64,000 bases of DNA from Octopus vulgaris (GCA_951406725.2 OX597815.1:133362001-133426000); one strand, 5' to 3'; positions 39,299-54,077 are shown, counted from the stretch's first letter. The notes: generated by a model not told the origin, from the sequence alone. Numbers and translations: made by a program.

Positions 39299-39583
39299 AT
39301 ATCACGTGATCACCAGACCATCAGATGTTGTTACACATCGCTGGTCACAATGCGTTTGCATTGTTTTAGCCTTCGAATGACGCCACCCCGCTGGCTAAGC
39401 GAGCAGACCAACAGAAGAAAGAGTGAAAGAGTACAGCAGGGATCACCACCCCCTGCCGGAGCCACGTGGAGCTTTTAAGGTGTTTTCGCTCAATAAACAC
39501 TCACAACGCCCGGTCTGGGAATCAAAACCGCGATCCTACAACCACGAGTCCGCTGCCCTAACCACTGGGCCATTGCGCTTCCA
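39299..39583 (-). mobile_element. tRNA-derived SINE, third family
   Basis: Minus-strand head TGGAAGCGCAATGGCCCAGTGGTTAGGGCAGCGGACTC..GGTTTTGATTCCC with A/B-box-like motifs. Confidence 0.75.
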
Positions 39584-39924
39584 CATATGTATATACCCCA
39601 GAAAGAAAGGCCAGCATACTGACATACAAGATTCTCTGGGACAGAAAAAATCCTTATGAGATGGGTCAAAGGTCTCAAAGTGAATAAATAGGCAACTGAA
39701 GGATAGGGAGAAGTCTATCTTAATATGCATACTCATAGAAATCAGAAATAAGATCAAATTCTCACATGAAAGGGAAAGTGCAGAGAGAGAGAGAGCTGTG
39801 GAAAGAATAAAAACAAATCCCAAAGCTTTCTATAAATTCACAAAGGATACAGCTACAATACAATATAAAATAGCACTATTATTCCAAAGGAATGACTCAG
39901 TGAACAATTTCAAAGTGTCTTTGC

Positions 39925-41405
39925 TTCTCCCTTTGAACACATGCAGATAAAAAAAATCCAGCTGAATTCTTTAATATAGACAAGTGGTAGGTCGAGAGCT
40001 GTAAAAGCTATGTACAGGGATACTACCAGTAAGGTGAGGGTTAGAAATGAGTACAACAAAGAATTCAGGGTACAAGTAGGGTTCACCAAGGATTGGTGTC
40101 CAGCCCCCTCTTGTTCATCATAGTCCTCCAGGCAATAGCAGAGGAATTTAATATAGGCTGCCTTGGGAACTCTGCTATGTTGAAGACCTCTTATAGCTGA
40201 GTCACTACTAGAACTAGAGAAGTTCCATGTATGGAAGCAAGGTCTAGAATCGAAGAGCCTTAGAGTTAACCTAGCAAAAACCATAGTATTACTAAGTAGG
40301 AAGTCAGACAAATCACAAATACCTTCAGGTAGATGGCCCGGCTTGATCCGTAGAAAAGGTGTAGGTAGAAACTCCATAAGATGCACCCTGTCTAAACTTC
40401 GGACACAAAAGGCGCAACAATATCAGAGGAAGGTTAACAGGGAAACTAGCTTTTGTATGTGGAAGATGCACAGGTACAATAAACGATGAAAATATGCAGC
40501 AAATGGACTCCATCAACTACCAAGGAGGCAAACTAGAGGTAGTAGATAGCTTCTATTATCTAGGTGACCAAGTTAGTAGTGGAGGTGGATGCTCTAAGAG
40601 CGTAGTTGTGAGAATAAGATTAGGCTTGGCAAAGTTCAGAGAGCTCTTGCCTCTACTGGCAACAAAGGACCTCTCTCTCAGAATGAAAGGCAGATTGTAT
40701 GATGCCTGTGTGCAAACAGCCTTGCTACATGGCAGTGAAACATGGGCTGTGACAGCTGAGGACATGTGTAGGCTTGAAAGAAATGAAGCCAGTATGTTTT
40801 GTTGGATGTGCAATACCAGTGTGCATGTTCAACAGTGTAAGCATCTTGAGAGAAAAGTTAGGCATAAGAGGCATCAGATGTGGCGTGCAAGAGAGACGAC
40901 TGCGCTGTTATGGTCATGTGATGCATATGGACAAGGACAGCTGTGTAAAGAAGTGCCAATCTGTAACTGTGGAGGGAACCTGTGGTAGAGGTAGACCCAG
41001 GAAGACATGGGACAAAGTAGTGAAGTATGATCTTCGAAATTTGACCCTCACTGAGGCAATGACTAGTGACCGACTTTTGGCAATATGCTGTGGCATGTAA
41101 AGAGCACCGTTTAAGCATTGGGTTTCAAGGAGGCAAAGTGGCTGAGTTCCTTTTGAGCATTGAGCCTCATGGAGGCAATGACCGAGACCTTTGGCATTAT
41201 GCCATGCTTGAGAAATCATGGCAAATACTGGTGTCATGCAAATGGCACTTAAAAGCACCCATTATGTTCTTGGAGTTGTTGGCATTAGGAAGGGCATCCA
41301 GCTGTAGAAAACCATGCCAAATCAGATTGAAGTCTGGTGCAGCCTTCCAGCCCTGGTCAAACCATCCAACCCATGCCAGCATGGGCAATAGATATTAAAT
41401 GATGT
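39925..41405 (+). mobile_element. RTE-clade LINE fragment (RT C-terminal half + tail)
   Basis: VGVHQG..SPLLFIIVLQA, LEVVDSFYYLGD, KGRLYDACVQTALLHGSETW, GRGRPRKTW; stops and frameshifts. Confidence 0.9.
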
Positions 41406-41864
41406 GTGTGTGTGAATACTGTTTGTTGTAAATTGGTTAGAAACTAAGAATAATTGTGTACAAAGTAATGAAATTATTGAATAGCTGAATGCAAATTGTG
41501 TGGTGTATTGTATTACATAAAATTGTTAATAAAAATTAGTTTGAGTAAATTTGTAGTGGTGTGTGCTGTTAAAGTTTGCTAATATGAAAAAATACCTTGG
41601 AAGTGAAAATTGCTGTAGAAAAAGCCTGGCCTAAAATTTCAGAACCCATATTTTTCTACAGTATAAAATATTTGGTTAAGCATTCAAAATTACACTCAAT
41701 GTAAATCTTGGAGGTCTTCTTATTTTTTCTTTTTTTTCATTTTGTTTGTGTGTTATTAACGTTTGAAATTGGAACAGTAATCAGGTAGTTTGATACTGTT
41801 TTCCTCTCTCCTTTGGTCAATTTATGTAACAGATTAAATAGAGAATGTGCAATTTCCTTTCCAG

Positions 41865-42137
41865 AACAAATAGCAGCTAACATCAGTCTGGAGATCAAGA
41901 GATTGCAGCGTAGACGTCAATTACACTATCAACGAACTAACAGTCCCCCTCCGCAAGAAGTTGGCACTTCACAGTCGTGTTCATCATCTCTATCTCAAAA
42001 TACATTCTCACCTAGCAAGAAAGATACACCTTTGTTCACTTTCAAACAGGTTACTATGATATGTGAAAGAATGCTCAAAGACAGAGAGTCTCAGGTCAGA
42101 GAGGAATACAACAGTGTACTTTCAAACAAATTAGCAG
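41865..42137 (+). CDS. akirin: Akirin coding exon 2
   Basis: Acceptor TTTCCAG; EQIAANISLEIKRLQRRRQL..PLFTFKQVTMICERMLKDRESQVREEY..KLA; donor AG|GTGAGA; 273 nt. Confidence 0.97.
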
Positions 42138-44166
42138 GTGAGACTTGTTGGTTTGCTTATCTTTCTCCTTTGCATTTTTTCTGTCTTTTACATTGCTATC
42201 ATAAATTTTTTTTCTTAACTTATTGTTTTCTTAGCTAGAATTCAAATCTTTCACTTCTTATATATCTTAGTATATTATAAATTTGAAACTCAAAAGCATT
42301 TTATCAGTACATGTAATGTTCATTTCTGGTACTGTGGTATGCAGCTTCATGATATAAAATTATTGGCATTAACCTAGATATCCAACAACTTGATTTTGTT
42401 TTGCTTATGCATTTGTTTCATTGCTGAGTTATAAATATAGCTTGAGTAATAAACAACTCTTACTTGCAATGTCTTCATATTCTGGCATGTTAAGAGAGAA
42501 AATTTTGTTTTTAACTCTATGAAGACAATTTAAGAAACTTTTGGAGCAGGAATATGACATTAAGTGTCCAAAGATCCAGTCTTTAATAACAGTGCTAATA
42601 GCATAATGCTCTGTAAGTTCCTAAATCAGGCATGGTCTCTGCGGAGTTAATCTTGAATGCTAACTTGTATGTTTGTCACATCCCCTCAATTCCTTGATGG
42701 GGTGCTGCCATGATACAGTGTCATCATCATTTAATGTCTGCTTTCCATGCTGATATGGGTTGGACGGTTTGACAGGAGCTGGCTAGGCAGAAGACTGCAC
42801 CAGGCTTCAGTATCTGGTTTTTATGGCTGGATGTCCTTCCTAACACCAGCCACCCCACACAAAACTTCTAGAACAGTATGATTTTGACATTTTTATATTC
42901 ATCCCTCTCTATGTTCCATCACAGTTGATTTCTTTTAGAAAGAAAGAGCTGAAATGACGCCAGTACAGGACTGGCACGTTATCAATCCTGAAGGGGTGGA
43001 ACATAGCATTGACCATGGCAGAAGTTGAATTCAGGGTCCAGAGAGCAAGGAGGATTATCACAGTAATCTGTTTGGTGTCATACAGCTCTTTCAGTTGGTG
43101 TCTGTCTCTCTCTCTATATATATATATATAAAATTGGTACTTTATTCAGCTGTCCTCTTTCAAATGCATCACATATCCATACCAATGCAGTCTTCTTTTT
43201 TTGCACACTACATCTAATTCCTCCTATGCTCAGTTTTTCTCTCGGCACTTTTTGAACTATGTTGTTCATGCACACTCAGATTTCGCATCCTGTGGGAAAT
43301 GCTCAAATTATTTCATTTTCTCAACTTGTCGGCATTCAAGGTCCATGCCTCACTACCATGCAAGTATTGCAGTTATAATGCTGCGATACTGCAAGGTTGT
43401 GTCTTACAATCTACTTTTCTGTCTGAGAGAGAAGAGCATTGTTGCCTGTAGCAGTTTCCTGATCTTTCTCCAACTTGTTCATACCCTGGTTGCTATACTT
43501 TTAGTGCAACTACATAACCTAATATCTAGGTAATAACAGCTATCAACTACTAAGCCATCTAGACATTTTTCAGAGAACCTATATCTAGTATATTCATAGT
43601 CTACTGCTCCAGTGCATCTATTACCTACATTCTCTTTGTCTGTGATTTCATTACACCTCTTTGTGTGTCCATATCTTACATAGCATACAGTGAGTCAATG
43701 TATGGAGTCTATACACACTCACCGGCCTGTTATTTTCTCAGTGCTAGAATGAATGTCTTACAGCAGGAATCTTTGAAGAATAAAGATGTCCTCTGTGGTA
43801 GAAACTACACATCCAATGGCAAATCAAAATGATATGATGGATTGATATTGTTCTGAAGGTGAAATCCTCAGAAGGTGTGGTACTATTCTTGACAGCTAGT
43901 TGAACTAAAACCATGTAAAAAAAAAATGTCAGGAGCAGATTTGAGCTTGTGATCCATGTCAAGGGAATTCAATGGTGGTCTCATCTTTAAATTATTAACA
44001 TAAGGTTGTGCAGATTTTAAACTTCTTTATTTAAAGTCCTGCCTTTCTCAAGTATTCATCTTATTGGCCTTTCAGTCTGAATATTATGACAATAAAACTA
44101 ATCACTTGCAGAGTTTTAAAGAAGATTAAAATTGTTGATGGCAAAGTTGATATTTTCTATTTACAG

Positions 44167-44238
44167 AGCAGTATGAAGCTTTCTTGAAGTTCAATCTTGA
44201 CATGATACACAAAAGCTTTGGTGATTCGCCCTTTTCTT
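44167..44238 (+). CDS. akirin: Akirin coding exon 3
   Basis: Acceptor TTTACAG; EQYEAFLKFNLDMIHKSFGDSPFS; donor T|GTAAGT; 72 nt. Confidence 0.96.
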
Positions 44239-44344
44239 GTAAGTTTAGTTTTTCATGTCTATTTACGTTACCTGCAATTATTTTTCTATGTAACTTGTAT
44301 ATGGAAATACTTTATTTTTTTTTTTTTTCCTTTTCTCTCGTTAG

Positions 44345-44355
44345 ATATTTCATAA
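44345..44355 (+). CDS. akirin: Akirin terminal coding exon (Y-I-S-stop)
   Basis: Long pyrimidine tract + TTAG, then AT ATT TCA TAA. This completes the SY[VI]S C-terminus; total CDS is 537 nt (178 aa). Confidence 0.93.
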
Positions 44356-45657
44356 GAACGCCAATTGATCCTATGGATTTTTGACCAAGTTATTTTCTGT
44401 GAATAGTCATCTGTTGATTCCAGCATATTCCTGATGTTCATAGCTACTACAACAAAGCAACAACTTATTCAACAGTTATTACTTATTTTCTATGGATTTC
44501 CTTTCAAACATTGGATACAAATCCATTTTTGGACTAAATACAATAATTCAACTGATCAGAATACATTCCTTCCCATGGATGTACAAGCTATCGCCTTTTT
44601 ATCTGGATTATGAATCCTCCTGCTTAACAAATGGTGCAACAAACCTTGGATTTTCTGAAGACTTTTCTGTACATATCAACTTGTGACTTAGTTACTTCAT
44701 TCAACATACTGTAGACTTTATATTTTAGTTGCTCACTTGAAATTATCTGCCATGTAAATAAAGAAAGGTATAAATAAAACTTTAATTGGGTTTATCTCTT
44801 AAGTCAAATACACTCTTATTTCCTTAGAAGCCAGGGTTAACTTTTTGATTTAGTGTTAAGCTCGTAGATATTTTGAACAGTTTAAATAACCAAGTTGAGT
44901 GTGGCATTTGGTGTAATTGCGTTTGGTTAGTGATTTTTTTTTATATTGAATAATTTGTCTAGTTTCTTTTTATTTGAATACTTTAAAGATTGATCTTGGT
45001 TGTGATTCTCTATAGTAATTATGAAAGGATTCAATTTTTTCCCCCTATATAGTTGTGTAACTAGGTCCAGTTAGTCAAATTCTTTGTTTTTAGACTATGG
45101 CTTCCTTTTCTATCTAAAGCTACTAACAGATTAAAAAAGTGTTAATTAACTATGAACAGACTAAGTGTTGGCTAGTGCCCCTGTTTTGTAACTCTTGATT
45201 ATTAGTTCAAGTAATGTTGATATCAATATAGGGGGCATGGCAGGAAAGCAGTGATTCAAGGTTCAGATGAGAAAGTTGTTATAGTCTTGTTTTGTCTTAG
45301 AATACTCAGTTATAGATACAAACATCCAGCCTCCTAAGAATTAGCTTTTAATATTAACCTTTTGTGTCTTCATCTGTTGACTTTATAGTCTTGCTGTGGA
45401 TTGAAACTCGGGGAATAGGGCCATTTCCACCTTTTACATTCACCACCAAATGCCATCAGTCATTGTTCATTAGCAATCAGTGTACTGTGATATTATTGAT
45501 CACTGGTCTGTTTATTCCAAAGCATTACAATTTGTAATTGACATAATTACAAGTTTTTAAGGTTAGTGATCCCTCAAAAGAAAACCAAAAACACTCTTTA
45601 AATGTGCGGTAACCATATATTTATGGTGTAATGCAGCCCCTTATATTGTGTATTTGA

Positions 45658-45688
<31 letters not shown>

Positions 45689-46356
45689 CATACACCAAGG
45701 AATATTAATTCCTATTATCTTTCCATTAAACTATTTAAGCAACTCTTTAAGAGTTGTCAGCTTTGACTATCTCAGGAAATGTTTCTGTATACTTCAAATG
45801 CTAAGTTGTCTTGTAGGTTGAAAGATGAATTTGTCCATTGCTGTAAGTGTGGGTCGTGTCAAGTGTTTCTTGCAAATTTTTATATTTTAGTAACTCTTAA
45901 GATGGTAACCTAGTATGAAAAACAATATCTCAAGAGAACTTTGTCAGAAATGGCTTTAAGTTGTCCAACTTGCCAATATTTACTGCTGATATTGTCTTTT
46001 AACCAGTCAGGTAATAATATTGAATTCAACCAAGCAAATACTGTTGAAAAGATAAGCCTAGACTTTAACTTTTCAATTATGCATTTATTTGTAATTTCTT
46101 TTTTTCCTCAACTACTTTGGTATATCTGACCGGGCTCAGCAACAATTGCTGCTGAAATCATTTGTCTATTCAACTAAGAGAAAACCAGAAAATATATCCA
46201 GGCTACAAGCCTGGTCATCTGAAGTAATGCTAGGAATCAAATCCTTTATACTATTTGTCTCTTGTTGGCCAAAATATGCTCTCACTAATTTACTATTGTG
46301 TGTACTTGGAACACATCTGCAGACAGAATATTTTCGGCTTGGATTTTAAGAGAGAA

Positions 46357-46430
46357 AATAAAGTCGTTATTATATAATTTTAATAAACTTTCAATCTTAT
46401 CTTTTCTTTTTTTGCTTTGCTTTTTGTTAT
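46357..46430 (+). terminator. Candidate akirin polyadenylation signals
   Basis: AATAAA at 46357 and 46382 followed by a T/TG-rich tract, at the point where strand base skew flips. An earlier AATAAA lies near 44757/44772. Confidence 0.5.
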
Positions 46431-48215
46431 TGAATAGAAATGTTTAATGCAAAACATGCCCCTCTACAAGTTGAACATTCCCTAAATGGTTAATACAACT
46501 GTTTTAGATTCCCAAAATGTAAAATAAATCTTCTGACCAGTGAAAACAACAAAATTGCACCAAAATCTTAATAGGCAACCATAAGTGGATGTTAAAACTA
46601 TTGCAATATGTATTTGTAGAATACAAAAATCTTAGTATCTCACTGGCGAAACAAATGTTATGCAAATTTCAAATTGCAACCTTACTTATTAAAGAGTTGT
46701 CTCCCCGCATACACACACTAACTGCTTAATCAATTTCCTCAATGATTTATTATAATGTAGTCCTTGATAAGATTTGAATATTACTGAGGAAATTATTGGA
46801 TTAAATTTTCAAACCAGGACTAACCTGGAATTAAGGAATTTACCTCAACTACAAACTTCTTGATCCTTTCTCTTCAGAACTGGAACTATTTACATTTTAT
46901 CTAAACAAAGCTTGCAAACGTTCAAGCTGAATATGAACCACAACAACCGACAGGTTATGGACACTGTCCCTCTTTCTTAATGAAAATATCTCAAGAGTAT
47001 TTCCTAATTAGTACTAGTGTGATCTTACCTGAAGTAGAAGTAATCTACACTTGCAAGCTGAAAGGAACATTAACAATTCAGGAGTAATGATTGTTTTTAC
47101 AACTGTTACACATCAAATAGTTAGAAATGAATAATTTTGAACTTTTTTTTTCTTTTTCTATAAAAAAAGCTTTTCCTTTTATTCGGCAAAATTGGAAAAA
47201 TGAAATCCATCAGAAAATAAATATTTCACTGATAGGGAGTTGATTATAGACAACAAAGTTTACAATATGCCAAAGGGCTGGTCCTGTCTCACAAGTGATA
47301 TATGGAAACTATAATGAGATGAGAATTCAAAATTATGTCAAGGTTTTTAGGTGAAATGGATGGATAAATAAATAAAATTTATGCGGAGAAAGAAGTGCTG
47401 AACTGCTGTTGCAGTCTGTTCTCCAAATTCAGCTTCCTGAGTTTCAGACAATAACAACATTGCTAGGAATGAAATAGAGATTTCAAATTAATAGAATTCA
47501 ATCTAGCAATGGATTTCAGATTGAGTAAAATGATATATGATGGAATTAAGACATTCTTTGTATATACATCATCATCACCATACATATAACTTTAAATCAG
47601 AAATTTCATTCCAAGTAATGATTTCCACTAAATCAACAGCTGCTATTTTTCCCCTTTAAACTCAGTTTATGCAGGCCTTAGAAAAACTGAATTCAAATCT
47701 GAAAACAAAAGTAAACACAAACACATGCATACACACAGATGAAGAAAATGATCCAGTGGGAGTTATGGATGACTGAATGCAAATGATAAAGTATTAGTGA
47801 CAATACAAACCAGGTCTCCTTAAAAAGGTTGCACATGGTTTGCTAATTATGGAAACCATCTATGGGATGAGACAAATTTGTGAAGATTACTGAAGAAATT
47901 ATTGGATTAAATTTTCAAACCAAAACTATCCATTTAAAACAAATTTACATTCAAGTTTCTTCTGTTCAGGTAAACAAGGGCTGGTGATAATGATTATCTA
48001 AATTAACAAAAATACAAATTCCTGCTTTTTATAAAAACAAGACAAAACGTGTGGTTTTTAAAGATTAAAAAAAAATTATAATGTTTGGACATTTACATTT
48101 GTGGAGTGAAAATGTGAATATGAAAATGTAAAGTTTAGCAAACATGGATCAGTAAACATCCTTTTTACTTTTTTCATAGAGTAACTGTTGTTTGATTTTT
48201 TAAAGAACATGGAGT

Positions 48216-48460
48216 TCAAGTGACATGTGTTGCTACTGGTGGTCGTTGTGGAAGGGCATAAGGAGCTCCAAGGAATTGGTCTGCAATACGGCCAGCTTCT
48301 CGGAATCCACTCAACAGAGCACCATGGACAGTAGCAGGGTAGTTGCGAATGGTGTGCTCACCAGCAAAGAAAAGCCGAGGTAGATTTCCTGGTTGTGGTG
48401 GGCCACCAGTTGCAGCTGAGTTTGGACAAACTGGAGTTGCCATCAAGTCATAATCATTAC
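48216..48460 (-). CDS. KDM1A: LSD1/KDM1A terminal coding exon
   Basis: [51 protein letters not shown]-stop. Confidence 0.97.
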
Positions 48461-49954
48461 CTAAATAAAACAAAAACATTTTGTTAAAAATTAACTGAAA
48501 ACTACTTTAGCATTGAAGCTGGCTAAATGTTACGAATGTTATAAAATTGTTTCATTTGAATCAGCTGCACTCAAACATGTTAGTTACTATGTCTACTTAA
48601 GTAGTAACTTTTGACAAATACATTTACTTCCTATTTAGTTTTACTATTTTCACTTAAAAAAAAAAATGATTGGTGGAAGGAAGGTAATTTGGTCATGGAA
48701 ATCGTGCCAAAAAAAAAAAAAAAATGGAACATGAGAGCAGCGTGGACTATGGCAACTTGTACATCTCATACCAGCATATAAAAGTAAACAGAATGATTGT
48801 TAATACTGGCTTGTAACAGAAGCACAATGTTACACATGGTGGGGAGGAGTGTAGCCAGTACTTGACAATTCCTGTCATCTTTTCAGATTTAACAAATCAG
48901 CAGAAGTCTGAAGGTAAACTAAATTCTACTCTATGACCAATTTTACCATTATTAATGTAATGGACAGTAAAAGAATTAATCTAATCTGTTTACAATAAAG
49001 TAACACAGTAGAAATAATTTATTCAAGATGAACAACATTTTGATAAGGTAAAATAACATGGAAATTCATGGTTAAAATTTACATAAATAGTGATAAAAAT
49101 ATTTAGAACAATTAAATTTGGTTAGACAAGGAATATTAACTTTTGGACTTTATTATTATTTAAGAGTTCTTCAAAAAATTATCACTACACTAACAACAAC
49201 TATTAAAAAGAAATTAAAATACATTATTTCTAACATAGGTTCAATATGTTTTATCAACCCATGAAACAGGAAAAACTAACATGAACTCTGAATGTTAAGG
49301 GGCCTGACTATATATAAGTCTTGTTTTTCTACCATTTCAGTAAATTAAATACATGGATATTTTCCTAATTGAACTTTAAACCCCAGCCATCCATATATGA
49401 AGAGGAAGATATTTCTAACAGTTTTTTCCCTCCTGAACTCACCTTGGAGTCCTGGGACATACATCTTTTGTGCTCCCAGAACAAGTTGTAAGCTTATCGC
49501 TGGTTATACAGACTGCAATATATATTTTTTAATGGACCTTTCTATCTAAAATTCAAATGCATTCATTGTATAACACATGATGAATGCTGCTGTAATGGTT
49601 ATAATGATGGTTGCTGCTAAAAGGAACCTATGGAGTAGGTACCTGAGGACTCTACTCCCAGGAATAGTGGACAGAAAAAAATGAATGGATGGATATGACT
49701 TTTAATTTTAGGCACAAGGTTTCACATTCATATAGAAGGGGCAAAATTAAGTGAATAGACCAGAGTGTATGACTGATAATTATTTTATCAACTCCTTTTA
49801 CCTTCAGGGAAGTGATACGCAAATTCAGTTCTGTTAGGAATAGAATGCAGAAAGTGTTCAATCCAATAGTTTTAGCATTTATACAAAACATTGTTACCAA
49901 CTAACAATACATGATGGTAGTAAGGCGTTTAGTGGTAGCAATCAGGGACAACTA

Positions 49955-50059
<105 letters not shown>

Positions 50060-52343
50060 CTACAAAATACAAGCACTCAAGTGTCACAAATTAATCAACT
50101 CCAACGTATATTTCTAATAAAAAAAAAAACATTGTATCTTGTATCTTACTAGTTTCACTCAATGGACTGCAGCCATGCTGGGGCTTCACCATGACATGTT
50201 TAGTCAAATATATCGACCCCAGTACTTACTTTTAAGTTTGGCACTTATTCTATCAGCCATTTTGCCAAACCTCCAAACAACAGTAATGTAAACAAACCAA
50301 CACAAGTTGTCAAGCACTGGTAGGATATACAAACATACAATGGACTTATGCATAGTTTCTGCCTAAGAAATTCACTCACAAGGTTTAGTTAGAGTTGCTC
50401 AAGGTGCCACACAGTGGGACTCAAATTTCTTAACAACATACATGCCTGCATCTGTACACATCATCATCATCGTTTAATGTCCGCTTGCCATGCTAGCATG
50501 GGTTGGACGATTTGACCGAGGGCTGGCAAACCAGATGGCTGCACCAGGCTCCAATCTTGATCTGGCAGAGTTTCTACAGCTGGATGCCCTTCCTAACGCC
50601 AGTCACTCCAAGAGTGTAGTGGGTGCTTTTACATACCACCAGGCACGGGGCCAGTCAGGCGGTACTGGCAACGACCTTGCTCGAATCTTTTACACATACC
50701 ATTGGTACAGGTGCCAGTAAGGATGGTGCTCTTAATACCCTACTAGCATGGGGATCGAGTGCCAGTAAGGCGACGCTGGTAACGATCACACTCGAATGAT
50801 GCCTTTTAAAGTACCACTGGCATGGAAGCCGGTTAGCCGCTCTGTCAAAGATCACACTTGTATGGTACTCTTTGCACCTCGATAGCACGGACGCCAGTCA
50901 TCAAAACTAAATAAGCTTCTAAATAAGAAAACGTAACTAAAAGAAAATTTCCATTTCAAATGAAAACACCAAATGTTTGTCAACAATATTTAGTCTGCAT
51001 ACAGTAGGTTGTCTTATGAAATACAGTGGGTTGAAAAAGATTAACAATGTCGAAAATTAAAGTTACAAGCAAGGGAGATAACTCCATTAAACTAGTTGAT
51101 CGAACATTTTAGAAGTAGACTTGAGTACATTTGGTTCGAAAAAAAAGCAAGATAGATTTCAACCTTATTAGACAACGCCAGCAAAGTATATTCTACTCAG
51201 TCTAGTCAGACTAAGAGTAAATAGAAATAGACACTGTGTAGTGACGCTGATTATGACTTGGAGAAAATACCTCAGGAGTGTTCTGAATACTAAATATAAC
51301 GCAATAAGGACTTGCCTATGTAATACGAGTTTGAAAAACACTTGGTCCAAGTGATTTAGTAGACAAAAAGTAAAATATCATTCCAATTAAGTAGGTTTAG
51401 TCCTACATAATTGATCAAGCAAATCTATGATGTTTCAACTATGATGTCCCCGTTTTTTTTTAATTTTTATTTTCTCCTTTCAGTCATATGAATCTTGAAA
51501 ATGGTAGAGTATGACTTAAAAAGATATTTTACTGCTATTTCTAGCATGTTGGCCATATAGCAACTCACTTTTGGGTTCAACATCAGTTATAGTTTTCACA
51601 TATATGTAGACCAAATAAAAGACAATAAAATCCCAGAGAAAAACCGTTTATTATACACATTGATTTTTCCATAGTAAACTGACCTACAGAGTAAAAAAAA
51701 AGTTTAGTCAGGTTTAATATAACTTCATAAAATTCACTAAAAATTTCACAGCATTCTAGATGAAATCAAAATAAATTTGAAAGTGACCATTCAAATTTAC
51801 TGTAACACTATTATTATTGCTTACTAAAAGCTCATTACTTCCTGATTGATATAGAGGTAAACAATGACATCCACAACAACAAAACTAGTAAGAGAACACA
51901 TTTTAAAGAATCTACACACAAAATTACTTTAATTGGAAACTGTTTCGAATACCAAAGAATTTTAAAACCATTATCTTAATATATCAAGATAGCATTTAAA
52001 ATTTTCAGAGCAGAAAAACATTTCAAATTAAAACCATCCAGTATTTTCATACATAAATATACATTTTTGATAAGAGTAAAAACAAATTTTTTTTTAATTA
52101 AAAAAGAACTGAGGGCAGTAGTTGGTTTCTTGTATAATGTGCAATTCTGTTTCTAAGTTTCTTTTTTAAAAAAATAATAAAAGGAGGTGACATATTATAA
52201 ATGAATATATATATATATGGATCAAAACAGTTTAATTCAAATTCCATGGTACTTCAAGTTCAAAGCATAAAATGCTTATCCTTAGCCATTACATATAGTT
52301 ATGATAGAAATGAAATTTTTACCAAAATGAAGAAGTAACTCAC

Positions 52344-52586
52344 CTGAGGAACAGCATTATTGCCAAATATTCCTTTTAGAACAGCAATTGAACGTCCAAT
52401 AATAACATCATCACTGACATTCTCCATAATAGCAGCTGCTTCTCCAGCAACAAGAGCCAGTAGCACTGGAGCTTTATACAGGTTCCAAAACAGGAACAAC
52501 TCTCCTCGGCTGGCTGTTGTGCTACCAACGTGTCCAAATAGATTAGCATTAGGATCCCAAAACATTCGGTCAAAGCACAATACAAC
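52344..52586 (-). CDS. KDM1A: LSD1/KDM1A exon
   Basis: [60 protein letters not shown]. Confidence 0.97.
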
Positions 52587-52763
52587 CTGAAATTTAAAAA
52601 GAAAATATATATATATATATATACATCTCTTCAGATATTTACAAAGACTTTTTTTTTTACAAGATTAAAAAAAAATCCAAACTGTAAAAAATTAGAATTG
52701 AAAGAAGCAAATATATAAATTAATAAATGGCAGAAATATGATATCTTGATCAGTGTAAAATAC

Positions 52764-52969
52764 CTTATTTAAATTGCCAAATCCAAGTCTCTGAATAGCA
52801 GCAGTTTTCCAATCCGGTAAAGGTGGTGAGAATTGAACAGCATTGACACCATTGCCACGAACACAATCCTTCAACACACCCAGAGGTAAGGTGCAAAGAA
52901 CTGCATCTCCTTTGAAGGTCATTGAATTGCTACTACTGTTTCGAGCATTCGTTGTTGTTACTTCAACAC
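52764..52969 (-). CDS. KDM1A: LSD1/KDM1A exon
   Basis: GVEV..DAVLCTLPLGVLK..LPDWKTAAIQRLGFGNLNK, including the lysine equivalent to human K661. Confidence 0.97.
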
Positions 52970-53524
52970 CTAGTGTAAAGAAAGATAATTTTCCTAGAGT
53001 TAGAAACTGTTCTATATGATAGACTGTGATGGTTGGCTCAGTTAACTGTGATGATTCCATACAAAATGGTCAGTGAATTTTGTTATACCAAAACTGACTT
53101 TATGCTTGCATAGTGGAAGAAATATTTTGTTAAAGTAAAAATAAATTTATTGCACACACCAAAGATGCTGTTATCTCTAGTGTCTGTATTGTAAACATAC
53201 ATTATTGTTGACCCTGGTTTTTCACATAAGAACTGAAGCATATAATAACTCTTCCTAGACACAACTTTCAAATACTTGAAACCAAACTGGTTCTACATCA
53301 CCATCATCATTACTGTTTTAACACTCAATTTTCCATGCTATCATATACTGTTACAGGTCAACACACAAGTAAAAGCTTACTACTGAAAACAGCAGCTCAA
53401 CTCCAATTTATATTCATTAAGTTTGCTTTCAAACCTTCTTCTCATTTATTTACAGATGCATTCAGTTCTTAAAACTAACTAGTAACTTTTGTTGCAGCAA
53501 GGTGTACAAAAAAGGACAACTTAC

Positions 53525-53620
53525 CTGTTGCAGAATAGCGGATCTGTCGCACTGCTGTATTCAGTTTAATATCTAACCCCTCAGCTAGTGCCACAGGAAC
53601 ACAAGAATAACCATTCCTTA
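53525..53620 (-). CDS. KDM1A: LSD1/KDM1A exon
   Basis: [32 protein letters not shown]. Confidence 0.97.
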
Positions 53621-53816
53621 CTAGAAATGAAACAAAAATAAATTATTTTAAAAAGTTCTCACATTCATAAGTTGATTTTAAAACAAAAGAAAAAATATCA
53701 GAAAACAATTTAGGACAAAATACTTTCATCTTAATTATAATATATAAAATGTAATATTACTTTTGTATATAAAATATGTTAACGTCTTAACATTAAGTTC
53801 TAAAATGACTCAGTTA

Positions 53817-54077
<261 letters not shown>

